From an uncultured Spirochaetota bacterium (GTDB lineage Bacteria > Spirochaetota > UBA4802 > UBA5550), in contig CAWHAA010000005.1 of assembly GCA_963827275.1 (NCBI GenBank), forward strand, positions 1 through 64,000: 64,000 nt of DNA, given 5' to 3'. A program made the position numbers and the translations under genes. This document shows positions 10,337 to 24,117 of the stretch, piece by piece. The stretch's first letter is position 1. Every line of letters begins with the position of its first letter. The notes below the pieces were generated by a model. The model made no database searches and was not told where the DNA came from. It was given only the letters and a program-made list of their open reading frames with translations.

Positions 10337-11245
10337 ATGACCAGTATCAGTCTTGAGGGAAGGGTTGCTATCATCACCGGGGCCGGGTCCGGAATCGGCC
10401 GCTCGCACGCGCTTGAGCTCGGAAGGCGCGGCGCCATGGTCGTCGTGAACGACCTCGGCGCGGAGCTCGACGGATCGGGGAACAGCGCCTCGGCGGCGGA
10501 TGCCGTGGTCGCTGAAATCAAAAAGGCCGGCGGGAAAGCCGTGGCGAACTACGACTCTGTCGCGACCGCGCAGGGCGCAGAAAGCATCGTGAAGACGGCG
10601 GTCGACGCTTTTGGCAAGGTGGACGTCGTCGTGAACAACGCGGGCATCGTCCGCGACAAGGGGTTCGCCAAGATGCAGGAGGAGGACTGGGACAGGGTGC
10701 TGAGCGTCCACCTGAAGGGGTCCTTCGATGTGACCAGGGCGGCCTGGCCCGTCATGAAGGAGAACAATTACGGGCGGGTGGTGTTCACCAGCTCCGGCGT
10801 CGGACTCTACGGCAACTTCGGCCAGGCCAACTACTCCGCCGCCAAGATGGGGATGATCGGCCTCATGAACACGCTCAGGATCGAAGGCGCGAAAAACAAT
10901 ATCCTCCTGAACACGATCGCCCCCAACGCCGGGACGCGCATGACGAAAAACGTCCTGCCGCCGCCGCTGTACGATCACCTGAAGCCGGAATACATATCGC
11001 CGCTGGTGGCATATCTCTGCTCGGAGCAGTGCAAAGAGTCCGGGATGATTTTCAACTGCATGGGCGGATGGTACAGCCGTACCGCCATCATGTGCTCGGA
11101 CGGCGTGATCCTGGGCCAGGGGGACAGCGCGGTCACCGCCGAGGAGATCATGGACAACTGGGACAGGATTACCGCGATGGAGAACACGAAAACCATCGGC
11201 TCGGTACAGGAAAGCTTCGCGTATCTCTCGACCATATTGAAATAA
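10337..11245 (+). CDS. SDR oxidoreductase (MFE-2/3-hydroxyacyl-CoA dehydrogenase-like)
   Basis: TGAGSGIG, VVNDLG, NNAG, GNFGQANYSAAK. Confidence 0.9.
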   Translation: MTSISLEGRVAIITGAGSGIGRSHALELGRRGAMVVVNDLGAELDGSGNSASAADAVVAEIKKAGGKAVANYDSVATAQGAESIVKTAVDAFGKVDVVVNNAGIVRDKGFAKMQEEDWDRVLSVHLKGSFDVTRAAWPVMKENNYGRVVFTSSGVGLYGNFGQANYSAAKMGMIGLMNTLRIEGAKNNILLNTIAPNAGTRMTKNVLPPPLYDHLKPEYISPLVAYLCSEQCKESGMIFNCMGGWYSRTAIMCSDGVILGQGDSAVTAEEIMDNWDRITAMENTKTIGSVQESFAYLSTILK

Positions 11246-11422
11246 GCGCCGAATGCCGGTGGCCCGCCGCGGGCAACGCGCCAGGCCACCGGTTTTACAT
11301 GCGTTAAAAATTACTTGACAATTAAAATCAACCGGCGGTAGCCTGTACATTCACGCGGCAGAAATCGCCGGGCGCTTCGCGGCCCCGGCAGCCGGCCAAT
11401 CAGGAACCAGAGACAAAACTCC

Positions 11423-12115
11423 ATGTCAGTCAAGTCATCGGCAGAAAACATAAAAGACAAAAAGGGCATCCGCACCAGGGAGATCATTACCCGCGCGGCG
11501 AAAAAAGTTTTTTCCGAGCACCCGTACCACGCCGCCAGCATGCGGATGATCGGCAAGGAAGCAGGCATCGAGCACCCCCTTATCAATTACTACTTCCCGA
11601 GCAAGGCCCGCCTCTTCGAGGCAATCACCAGCGAAATCTGCAATGAATTCATCACGCGCCACGAGGCGTGGTTTGACGAGGTCCGGAACGTAAAAACGCA
11701 GGAAGGCCTGCTCGTATTTATCGACCGGCTGCTCGACTTCAACGCCGAGCACCCCGAGCCGCTGAGGCTTCTCGCCCTTAACATGACCCAGGCGGAGAAC
11801 ATTTCGCAGATACCCGGCTACCAGCAATTCCCGGAGCTTATCGAAAAAATCCAGCGGCTTTTCATGAAGATAATCCCCTTCAAGAGCACGGAGCAGGAGG
11901 TAAGCATATACGTGAACAGCTTCATCTTCCTGGTCATCGCGCTTCTCGGTTCAAGCCCGTGCGTGGCCCAGGTACAGGGAATGGAGCCCGGCAGCCCCCG
12001 CTTCCGGGAATGGGTCAGGAACGCGCTGATATCAATCTTCCTCCCGCCCCTGAGAGACCTCATCAACCCGCCCGCGCGGCCAGAGGCGGGCCAGAAGAAA
12101 AAGCCGTCAAAATGA
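11423..12115 (+). CDS. TetR/AcrR-family transcriptional regulator
   Basis: N-terminal HTH: I.RAA.KVF.EH.Y.A.SMR.IGKEAGI...LINYYFPSK. Confidence 0.88.
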   Translation: MSVKSSAENIKDKKGIRTREIITRAAKKVFSEHPYHAASMRMIGKEAGIEHPLINYYFPSKARLFEAITSEICNEFITRHEAWFDEVRNVKTQEGLLVFIDRLLDFNAEHPEPLRLLALNMTQAENISQIPGYQQFPELIEKIQRLFMKIIPFKSTEQEVSIYVNSFIFLVIALLGSSPCVAQVQGMEPGSPRFREWVRNALISIFLPPLRDLINPPARPEAGQKKKPSK

Positions 12116-12489
12116 GACGGCCCTGCGCGCCAGCCACAGCATCATTATAAGCCCCGGGCAACCATCTGTATTCATTTCCTGCGCAATATTATACAATTCA
12201 GAGTAATAACCTGTATCATATAAGTATTGTGCAATCTATAGTAGAGAATTGCTATTTTCTTCATTGACAAAAAAGGCTGTTTTTTTAAGTTACACTATAG
12301 CACGGGTGCTTTATAACCGCCTTTTTAACTGTACCAGATTGAATAAGCCGTAAAACTCGCGGCTATCAATGTTTACACAGTATCATTTCGATTAAAGAGA
12401 GGCCAGCTCCTTTAACAAGGACATTTTCCCAATCACCATAATTGTAACTAATTTAATTGTTATTTATACCTAATATTGTGGAGAGTACC

Positions 12490-13071
12490 ATGAGCGCTAC
12501 CACCCATTCTCATACCGCAGGGGGCCTGGCCCATACACTCCGTAACGCCACAGGGGTAGCCGCCACCCGCTGCTACCAGTGCGGCAAGTGCACCGCCGGG
12601 TGCCCGATGGCGGAAGAGATGGACTACACTCCGAGCCATATCCTCCGGCTGCTCCAGCTCGGCCTGGACGGCTCCGAAGACACCATCCTGCGCGCGTACT
12701 CACCCTGGGTATGCCTGACCTGCGAGGTCTGCTACGCCCGCTGTCCCCAGGAAGTTGACATTCCCAAGATGATGGACTATCTCAGGAGCGAATCGGTACG
12801 CCTGAAGAAGGTGAACCCCCGGGCAAAAGATTTCGTATCATTCTACAAGACATTTCTCGATTCAATACAGTATGTGGGAAGGCTGTACGAAGTAGGATTG
12901 ATTATGGGCTACAAGGCGCGTTCCTGGCACCTTTTACAAGATCTCCTCATGGCGCCGAAACTGTTTTTCAAGGGTAAATTGAAGCTCTTCCCCCACCTGA
13001 TCAAGAACAGGAAAAACATCTCGCAAATCTTTAAGAAAGCGGGCAAGGCCCGCATGGAGGCGGCCAAATGA
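12490..13071 (+). CDS. hdrC: heterodisulfide reductase subunit C
   Basis: CYQCGKCTAGCP and CLTCEVCYARCP ferredoxin motifs; upstream of hdrB. Confidence 0.9.
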   Translation: MSATTHSHTAGGLAHTLRNATGVAATRCYQCGKCTAGCPMAEEMDYTPSHILRLLQLGLDGSEDTILRAYSPWVCLTCEVCYARCPQEVDIPKMMDYLRSESVRLKKVNPRAKDFVSFYKTFLDSIQYVGRLYEVGLIMGYKARSWHLLQDLLMAPKLFFKGKLKLFPHLIKNRKNISQIFKKAGKARMEAAK

Positions 13072-14006
13072 CCAAGATCGCATACTATCCGGGCTGTTCC
13101 CTCCTCGGATCTTCACGGGAATACGATGAATCACTGCGCGCAATAATCGGTCCGATGGGCTTCGAGCTCCTTGAGGTACCCGACTGGAACTGCTGCGGCG
13201 CCTCATCCGCCCATTCGCTCAACCACGAACTGTCGCTCGCCCTCCCGGCACGGATACTCACCCTGGCCGAGACCCTCGGCGTGGAGGAGATGCTGGTCCC
13301 CTGCGCGGCCTGCTACGGCCGCCTCATGACGACACGGCACGACCTTCTTGAAAATGCAGAACTGCGCGCGCGTATAAATGAAATAACGGGAATGGAATAC
13401 AGGGGCACGGTACGCCCCCTGAATATACTGGAATTCCTTGAATGCCACGCGGACGCGTTCAAGAACAGGGTAACGGCGCCCTTCGACAAGGACGTCGCCT
13501 GCTACTACGGCTGCCTCCTGGTGAGGCCGCCCAAGGTGGTGAACTTCGACCGGCCCGAAGACCCGCGGACAATGGATAACCTCGTAGAAATGATCGGGGC
13601 GAAAGCCCTGGACTGGGACTTCAAGGTTGAATGCTGCGGAGCGGGCCATTCGATATCCCGCACCGACCTGGTCGGCAAGCTGTCGAGCAAGATCGTCGGC
13701 AACGCGGTAAAGAAAGGGGCCCAGGCCATCGTTGTCGCTTGTCCCATGTGCCATTCCAATCTTGACATGCGGCGCAGTTTCATCAACAAGGCCGCGGGAC
13801 AGAAATATACTATACCGGTCATATACATAACCCAGGCCATCGGCCTTGCCATGGGCCTGGGCGAAAAAGAACTGGGCCTCAACCGTCACATCGTAAAGGT
13901 CCGTTTTCCCGAAAAGGTAACGGTCGGGGCCGAGGTCAAACCGAAAGTCGCGGCAGCGGCGGCAGCGGCACCGGCCGCGCAAACAGAGCAGACGGAGGAA
14001 GCGTAA
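13068..14006 (+). CDS. hdrB: heterodisulfide reductase subunit B
   Basis: YYPGC, WNCCG, YYGC, ECCG, ACPMC (two CCG domains). Confidence 0.92.
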   Translation: MTKIAYYPGCSLLGSSREYDESLRAIIGPMGFELLEVPDWNCCGASSAHSLNHELSLALPARILTLAETLGVEEMLVPCAACYGRLMTTRHDLLENAELRARINEITGMEYRGTVRPLNILEFLECHADAFKNRVTAPFDKDVACYYGCLLVRPPKVVNFDRPEDPRTMDNLVEMIGAKALDWDFKVECCGAGHSISRTDLVGKLSSKIVGNAVKKGAQAIVVACPMCHSNLDMRRSFINKAAGQKYTIPVIYITQAIGLAMGLGEKELGLNRHIVKVRFPEKVTVGAEVKPKVAAAAAAAPAAQTEQTEEA

Positions 14007-15998
14007 ATGTCACGAATCGGAGTTTTCATCTGTCATTGCGGAACGAATATTTCCGCCACGGTCGACTGTCCCGGCGTTGCGGAGACCATCTCCCACATAC
14101 CCGGTGTCGTCCACAGCGTCGATTACAAATACATGTGCTCGGACCCGGGCCAGACCATGATCAAGGAAGCCATCAAGGAACACAAGCTTGACGGCATCGT
14201 GGTGAGCGCCTGTTCACCGCACATGCACGAGCCCACCTTCCGGCGCGCCTGCGCCGAGGCGGGGCTGAACCCGTACCTGTGCGAAATGGCCAACATCCGC
14301 GAACAGTGCTCCTGGGTCCACGAGAAGACCGAGGAGACCACGGTCAAGGCGACCGATCTCGTCAGGAAAATGGTCGAGAAGGTCAAGAAGAACCAGCCGC
14401 TCTATTCTATCAAGGTGCCGGTCACCAAGACAGCGCTCGTGCTTGGCGGCGGCATCGCCGGCATCCAGGCGGCGCTCGACATCGCGAACGCCGGCCACAA
14501 GGTGGTCATGGTCGAGCGGGAGCCGTCGATCGGCGGCCACATGTCCCAGCTCTCCGAGACCTTCCCGACCCTGGACTGCTCGCAGTGCATCCTGACGCCG
14601 CGGATGGTCGAGGTGGCGCAGCACCCGAACATCACCCTGCACACCTACTCCGAGATCGAGAGCCTGGACGGCTTTATCGGCAATTTCAAGGTAAAGATAC
14701 GCAAGAAGGCGCGCTGCGTGGACGAGAAGCTCTGCACCGGGTGCGGACTCTGCTCCCAGAAATGCCCTACCAAGAAAAACCTGAGCGAATTCAACGAGGG
14801 CCTGGGCTACCGGCCCGCCATATACTCTCCGTTCCCGCAGGCGGTGCCGAACAAGCCGGTCATCGACAAGACACAGTGCACCTTCTTCCTGAAGGGAAAA
14901 TGCAAGGTGTGCGAAAAGGTGTGCCCCACTAAAGCGATACGCTACGACCAGGAAGACCAGATCCTCGACCTCGACATCGGCGCCATAGTGCTCGCCACCG
15001 GCTTCAAGGTGCTGCAGCCCGACTTCTTTCCGGAGTACGGGTACGGCAAGTACAAGGACGTGATACAGGGCCTGCAGTTCGAGCGCCTCGCGTCCGCGTC
15101 GGGCCCCACCTCCGGCGAGATCCGGCGGCCAAGCGACGGCAAGGAGCCGGAAACCATCGTCTTCATCGCCTGCGCCGGGTCGCGCGACGAGGCCAAGGGC
15201 CTCCCCTACTGCTCGAAGATATGCTGCATGTACACGGCGAAGCACGCCATGCTCTACAAGCACAAGGTGCACCATGGCAAGGCGTACGTCTTCTACATGG
15301 ACATCCGCGCGGGCGGCAAGATGTACGATGAGTTCGTGCGCCGCGCCATCGAGGAAGACGACGTGAAATACATACGGGGACGCGTCTCCCGCATTTACGA
15401 GGAGGACGGCAAGCTCATCGTCAAGGGCGCCGACACCCTCCTCGGGCATAAAACGGTCGAGATCAGGGCGGACCTGGTGGTGCTGGCGACCGCCGCGGTG
15501 GCCAACGACGGCGCGGAGGAGCTGGCCCAGAAGCTCCACGTGAGCTACGACCCGTACCACTTCTTCGCGGAGGCGCACCCGAAGCTGCGCCCGGTCGAGA
15601 CGAACACGGCGGGCATCTTCCTGGCGGGCGCCTGCCAGGCGCCGCGCGACATTCCGGAGACGGTGTCGCAGGCCTCCGGCGCGGCGAGCAAGGTCGCCGC
15701 CCTCTTCTCGCAGAGCGAGCTGACGCGCGAGCCGATCATCGCGGTAGTCAACCGCACCACGCCGCCGCTCTATTCCACCTGCACCGGCTGCGCCCTGTGC
15801 GTGCCGTCGTGCCCGTACCAGGCAATCGAGATGGAAGAGATCAAGAACCGCGACGGCAAGGTGATCAAGCGCGCGGCAAAGATCAACCCGGGCCTCTGCC
15901 AGGGCTGCGGCACCTGCGTCGCCCTCTGCCGCGTGAAGGCGATAGACCTGCAGGGGTTCTCGAACGAGCAGGTGTTCGCGGAGCTGATGGCGCTGTAA
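14007..15998 (+). CDS. hdrA: heterodisulfide reductase subunit A (FAD, Fe-S)
   Basis: RIGVFICHCGTNI, GGGIAG, TFPTLDCSQCI, YCSKICCMY, C-terminal ferredoxin. Confidence 0.95.
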   Translation: MSRIGVFICHCGTNISATVDCPGVAETISHIPGVVHSVDYKYMCSDPGQTMIKEAIKEHKLDGIVVSACSPHMHEPTFRRACAEAGLNPYLCEMANIREQCSWVHEKTEETTVKATDLVRKMVEKVKKNQPLYSIKVPVTKTALVLGGGIAGIQAALDIANAGHKVVMVEREPSIGGHMSQLSETFPTLDCSQCILTPRMVEVAQHPNITLHTYSEIESLDGFIGNFKVKIRKKARCVDEKLCTGCGLCSQKCPTKKNLSEFNEGLGYRPAIYSPFPQAVPNKPVIDKTQCTFFLKGKCKVCEKVCPTKAIRYDQEDQILDLDIGAIVLATGFKVLQPDFFPEYGYGKYKDVIQGLQFERLASASGPTSGEIRRPSDGKEPETIVFIACAGSRDEAKGLPYCSKICCMYTAKHAMLYKHKVHHGKAYVFYMDIRAGGKMYDEFVRRAIEEDDVKYIRGRVSRIYEEDGKLIVKGADTLLGHKTVEIRADLVVLATAAVANDGAEELAQKLHVSYDPYHFFAEAHPKLRPVETNTAGIFLAGACQAPRDIPETVSQASGAASKVAALFSQSELTREPIIAVVNRTTPPLYSTCTGCALCVPSCPYQAIEMEEIKNRDGKVIKRAAKINPGLCQGCGTCVALCRVKAIDLQGFSNEQVFAELMAL

Positions 15999-16061
15999 CG
16001 GACGACTATTGGAAGCGGGGTCACGCGGCCCCGCCTCACAACATATACCCGGAGTACTACC

Positions 16062-16517
16062 ATGGCCGAATTCGAACCGAAAATCATAGCCTTTGTCTGC
16101 AACTGGTGCACCTACACCGGCGCGGACCTTACCGGCACGAGCCGGATCAAGCACGCCACCAACGTCAGGATCATCCGCCTGCCGTGCACGGGACGGATCG
16201 ACTTCATGCTCCTCATGAAGGCCTTTGCCAGGGGGGCCGACGGCATCATCGTTTCCGGCTGCCACCCCAATGACTGCCATTACACCTCGGGAAATTTCCA
16301 CGCGCGGCGGCGCTGGATCGTATACCGCTCGCTCCTCAACTTCATGGGGGTTGACACCCGGAGGATCATCTTCTCCTGGGTCTCCGCCGCCGAGGGCGCG
16401 AAATGGGCGGACATCGTGAATAACGCCGTCAAGGAGATCAGGGCGCTCGGCCCGTATGACGAGTACAAGAAACTGGCGCCGATCCGCGCGAGCTGGAGGG
16501 ACGAACATGCAGGATAA
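16062..16517 (+). CDS. flxD: MvhD-like [2Fe-2S] subunit (FlxD)
   Basis: FVCNWCTY.GAD, PCTGR, GCHPNDCHY, WVSAAEG. Confidence 0.88.
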   Translation: MAEFEPKIIAFVCNWCTYTGADLTGTSRIKHATNVRIIRLPCTGRIDFMLLMKAFARGADGIIVSGCHPNDCHYTSGNFHARRRWIVYRSLLNFMGVDTRRIIFSWVSAAEGAKWADIVNNAVKEIRALGPYDEYKKLAPIRASWRDEHAG

Positions 16518-17295
16518 AATCATACAGAAGGCGAAAGAGCTCCTCTCGAGCGGCGCGGTCAAGGTGGTGATCGGATACGGCCAGGGCACCGGCGACCGCG
16601 TCCGCGCCGTGTTCATCCAGAAGCCGGAAGACGCCGGCCAGCTCATCATGGACGGCCGCTGCGTCCAGAACCTCGCCGGGTACCTCACGAAGCACGAGGT
16701 CCGCGCGCTGGGCCGGCCGGCGATCGTGGCCCGCATGCCCGTGCTCCGCTCCATAGCCCAGCTCATGTACGAGGAACAGTTCAAGGACGCGGACTGCGCG
16801 GTGATCGCGATCTCCGACGCGAACGAGCTCGTGGACCTGCCTGACCTGAACGCGGTGAAAGACTACGTCAGCAAGAACCCCCTGAAGCTCACGCCCGAGG
16901 AGCAGGCCGAGGTGGACAAGCTCGACAAAATGACCCGCGAGGAGCGGTGGCGCTACTGGATGGAAGAGACATCGAACTGCATCAAGTGCTACGCCTGCCG
17001 CGCCAGCTGCCCGATGTGCTACTGCGCGCGCTGCACCGTCGAGGTCAACCAGCCCCAGTGGATCAGCGTGCCGTCGCACGAGCTCGGCAACCTGGAGTGG
17101 CACATCATGCGCGCCATGCACCTGGCCGGGCGCTGCGTCAACTGCGGAGAATGCACCCGGGCGTGCCCGGTCAACATCCCGCTCCGGCTGCTGAACCAGA
17201 GGATCATCGCCGATATAGCGAACAACTTCGGGGAAGAAGGGGAATACGCGCTCGCCGCGTTCAAGCCGAACGACAAAGAAGACTTCATCAGGTAG
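16507..17295 (+). CDS. flxC: 4Fe-4S dicluster protein (FlxC-like)
   Basis: CIKCYACRASCPMCYC, HLAGRCVNCGECTRACP; position in hdr-flx order. Confidence 0.75.
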   Translation: MQDKIIQKAKELLSSGAVKVVIGYGQGTGDRVRAVFIQKPEDAGQLIMDGRCVQNLAGYLTKHEVRALGRPAIVARMPVLRSIAQLMYEEQFKDADCAVIAISDANELVDLPDLNAVKDYVSKNPLKLTPEEQAEVDKLDKMTREERWRYWMEETSNCIKCYACRASCPMCYCARCTVEVNQPQWISVPSHELGNLEWHIMRAMHLAGRCVNCGECTRACPVNIPLRLLNQRIIADIANNFGEEGEYALAAFKPNDKEDFIR

Positions 17296-17301
17296 AAGGC
17301 C

Positions 17302-18315
17302 ATGACAGAGAAAAAAACAATCACGAAAAGCTCGCTGGACGGGCTGATCAAAAAAATAACCTCCGCCGGCAAGCGGGTTCTTGCGCCCGTGGACAGGGGC
17401 GGTAAAATCCTTTTTGAAGACGTGGATTCCCTCGCCGCGGTCGCCGCCGACTACGTGCAGACCACCCTGTCCGCCAAGGACGCGGTGCTGCCGCGCTGCG
17501 AGGAGATGATGCGCTTTACCACCGAGCAGAGTACCGTCGCCATGGCCGAGGGCCCGGCGAAGCCCGCCCCGGTCGTGGTGTTCGGCGTCCGTCCCTGCGA
17601 CGCGCGGAGCATCGCCGTCCTGGACGCGGTATACCTGAAAGACTGCAATGACGCGCTGTATAAATCGAAAATCGACAACACGACCATCATCGGCGTGAGC
17701 TGCGCAAAATGCGACGAATACTGCTTCTGCACCTCGGTCGGCGGGTCGCCGGGAAGCACGGAGGGAAGCGACATCCTCCTGACCCTTACCGGCGGCGACA
17801 CCTACCTCGCCGAGATCCTCACCGAGAAAGGGAAGGCCCTTGTTTCCATGGCCCCCGAGCTCTTCGCTGCGGCCGGGAGCGAAGACAAAGAGAAGCACCT
17901 TGCCGACGTGAAGGTGCAGTTTGACCTGGCCGCGCTCGAGAAAAAACTGCCCGGCGCCTTTGACGCCGCCGTGTGGATCACCCAGTCGCTCCGGTGCATC
18001 GGCTGCGGCACCTGCAGCTATGTGTGCCCGGCCTGCACCTGCTTCGACATACAGGACGAGACTGACGGCAAAAAGGGCATGCGGTTCCGCTGCTGGGACT
18101 CCTGCGGCTTCGGGCAGTTCACCCTGCACACGTCGGGGCACAACCCCCGCGAAGTGCAGAGCCAGCGGTGGCGCCAGCGGATCATGCACAAATTCTCTTA
18201 CCAGCCCGACCAGCTCGAGGTGGTCGGCTGCGTGGGGTGCGGCCGATGCTCCCGGGCATGCCCGGTTGACATGAACATACTCCAGCACATCAAAGACATA
18301 GTCGAGGCCCGGTAA
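17302..18315 (+). CDS. flxB: 4Fe-4S dicluster protein (FlxB/AsrA-like)
   Basis: GVRPCD, CFCTS, CIGCGTCSYVCPACTCF, R.WDSC, CVGCGRCSRACP. Confidence 0.78.
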   Translation: MTEKKTITKSSLDGLIKKITSAGKRVLAPVDRGGKILFEDVDSLAAVAADYVQTTLSAKDAVLPRCEEMMRFTTEQSTVAMAEGPAKPAPVVVFGVRPCDARSIAVLDAVYLKDCNDALYKSKIDNTTIIGVSCAKCDEYCFCTSVGGSPGSTEGSDILLTLTGGDTYLAEILTEKGKALVSMAPELFAAAGSEDKEKHLADVKVQFDLAALEKKLPGAFDAAVWITQSLRCIGCGTCSYVCPACTCFDIQDETDGKKGMRFRCWDSCGFGQFTLHTSGHNPREVQSQRWRQRIMHKFSYQPDQLEVVGCVGCGRCSRACPVDMNILQHIKDIVEAR

Positions 18316-19154
18316 TGGAAGAGAAAAACGTATACCAACCATACCTGATGCGGATAGCGTCGATCATAAACGAGACGCCCGACGTCAAGACGTTCCGCCT
18401 GGAATTCATCAACGAGGAAGAGGGGAAGCGGTTCAAGTTCCTGGCGGGCCAGTTCGGTGAATACTCTGTGTTCGGCGAAGGCGAGAGCACGTTCTGCATA
18501 GCGTCATCCCCGACCCGCGAGGGTTATATTGAATGCACCTTCCGCAAGATGGGACGGGTCACCAAGGCCCTGGCCTCCAGGGAGGTGGGTGATACCATCG
18601 GGTTCCGCGGCCCCTACGGCAACACCTTCCCCATCGACAGCTGGAAGGGGAAGAGCCTGCTCTTCGTCACGGGCGGGATCGCCCTGCCCCCGCTCCGCTG
18701 CGTCATCTGGAACGCGCTGGACACCCGGGAGAACTTCAAGGACATCACCATCGTGTACGGCGCCCGTTCAGTCCAGGACCTGGTCTACAAGCATGAGCTC
18801 GAGGAGTGGGGCAAGCGGGGCGACGTGAAGCTCATTACCACGGTCGATCCCGGCGGCGAGACCAAAGAGTGGAAGGGGGAAGTCGGCTTCGTGCCCACGG
18901 TCCTCGAGAAAGCCGCGCCTTCCAGCACGGACACCGTCGCGCTCCTGTGCGGCCCGCCCATCATGATAAAGCTCACCATGCCGGTACTGACAAAGCTGGG
19001 ATTTGCTCCTGACAATATCTTCACCACCCTGGAAAACAGGATGAAATGCGGTATCGGCAAGTGCGGCCGCTGCAACGTGGGCAAGTACTTCGTGTGCAAG
19101 GACGGCCCGGTGTTTACCTTTGCGCAGGTAAACCAGCTTCCGCCCGAGTACTGA
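18315..19154 (+). CDS. flxA: FAD/NAD(P)-binding oxidoreductase (FlxA)
   Basis: GQF, RGPYG, GGIALPP, CGPPIM, MKCGIGKCGRC..CKDGPVF. Confidence 0.85.
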   Translation: MEEKNVYQPYLMRIASIINETPDVKTFRLEFINEEEGKRFKFLAGQFGEYSVFGEGESTFCIASSPTREGYIECTFRKMGRVTKALASREVGDTIGFRGPYGNTFPIDSWKGKSLLFVTGGIALPPLRCVIWNALDTRENFKDITIVYGARSVQDLVYKHELEEWGKRGDVKLITTVDPGGETKEWKGEVGFVPTVLEKAAPSSTDTVALLCGPPIMIKLTMPVLTKLGFAPDNIFTTLENRMKCGIGKCGRCNVGKYFVCKDGPVFTFAQVNQLPPEY

Positions 19155-19188
19155 TTCATAATAGTAGTGATATTTCATCATTTTATTG

Positions 19189-19216
19189 ATTAAGGCAGGC
19201 AAAAACCTGCCTTAAT
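19189..19216 (+). terminator. hairpin after hdr-flx operon, probable terminator
   Basis: ATTAAGGCAGG-caaaaa-CCTGCCTTAAT perfect 11-bp stem followed by a T-rich tract. Confidence 0.7.
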
Positions 19217-19223
19217 TGTTTAT

Positions 19224-19321
19224 TACCGATAACTATCGCCCCTACCGATAACTATCGCCCCTTACCGATAACTATCGCCCCTGACCGATAACTATCGCCC
19301 CTGACCGATAACTATCCCCCT
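19224..19321. repeat. five tandem ~20-bp repeats (T/G)ACCGATAACTATCGCCCC(T)
   Basis: Directly visible; each unit has an internal palindrome CGATA-AC-TATCG (last unit degenerate). Confidence 0.95.
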
Positions 19322-19460
19322 GCCATGCCTGCTCAATTTATTTCCTTGACATAACTTCGCCTCTCACTCTATGTATGACAAGCTCCATGCAGGACCGGCA
19401 TTGAACGGGATTGCAATTGGATCTATCTAACAACAATAATCAGATACGAGGGATACCACA

Positions 19461-19637
19461 GTGGGTTACGACAACAAGTTCGGCGACGACAGAGGCTTCA
19501 GGAGAGATTCAGCACCCAAGGAAATGCACAAAACCACCTGTTCTGAATGCGGGAAAGAATGCGAAGTCCCGTTCAAACCGGCGGAAGGAAGGCCTGTTTT
19601 CTGTAAGGATTGCTACAAAAAAAAGAAGGGCTTCTAG
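19461..19637 (+). CDS. CxxC-x17-CxxC zinc-ribbon small protein (58 aa)
   Basis: My translation MGYDNKFGDDRGFRRDSAPKEMHKTTCSECGKECEVPFKPAEGRPVFCKDCYKKKKGF; GAGG RBS; below ORF-track cutoff. Confidence 0.88.
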   Translation: MGYDNKFGDDRGFRRDSAPKEMHKTTCSECGKECEVPFKPAEGRPVFCKDCYKKKKGF

Positions 19638-19676
19638 CAAACCACACACACAGACGCGGCGGCTTCCCGCAATTCG

Positions 19677-20432
19677 ATGAAACAATCATTCGATAAAATG
19701 CCCGTCATTTTCATCGGTCATGGTTCCCCCATGAATGCCATCATGGAGAATGATTATACCGCGAGTCTCCATGAGCTGGGGGAGTCCCTGCCCAGACCGA
19801 AAGCGGTCATGGTGATATCGGCACACTGGCTCGCAAAGGCGACCTTCGTCAGCTGCATCAAAAACCCGGAACAGATCTACGATTTTTTCGGATTTCCGCC
19901 CGAGCTGTACCAGGTGCGGTATCCCTGCCCGGGAGCGCCTGACGAGGCCCGGATGGTCGCGCGCGTGACGAAGTACATGGTCAACTGCGCTGCCGATTGG
20001 GGCGTGGACCACGCGGCGTGGGCGGTGCTCACGCACATGTACCCGGACGCGGACGTCCCGGTGTTCGAGATGAGCGTCTGCGAAATGATGGACGCCGCGT
20101 ATCACTACGATATCGGCAGGCGGCTCGGGGCCCTCAGGAGAGAGGGGATTCTCGTTATCGGGAGCGGGAACATCGTCCACAACCTGCAGATGATGGATTA
20201 CGACGTGGACGCGGAGCGCTATCCCTGGGCGGTTGAAATCGATGAAAAAATAAAGTCCCTGCTGGTAAGCCGGGACCACGCCCCGCTGGTCAACTACGCG
20301 GATATCGGGAAGCACGTCAGGCTGGCGGTCCCAGCCGTTGACCACTACTTCCCCATGCTGTGCGTCCTGGGCATGCAGGAACGGGACGATGATATTTCAT
20401 TTATCTACGAGGGGTTCCAGCACGGGTCAATT

Positions 20433-20459
<27 letters not shown>
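19677..20459 (+). CDS. ygiD: 4,5-DOPA extradiol dioxygenase-like (LigB family)
   Basis: FIGHGSPMN, ISAHW, DHAAW, GSGNIVHNL. Confidence 0.88.

Positions 20460-24117
<3,658 letters not shown>

Noticed and set aside
12179..12196. Rex operator upstream of hdrC (CTGCGCAATATTATACAA)
   Set aside because: Only a partial match to TTGTGAA-n4-TTCACAA in AT-rich DNA; too weak without comparative data
19224..19321. Mini-CRISPR
   Set aside because: Units are contiguous with no spacers
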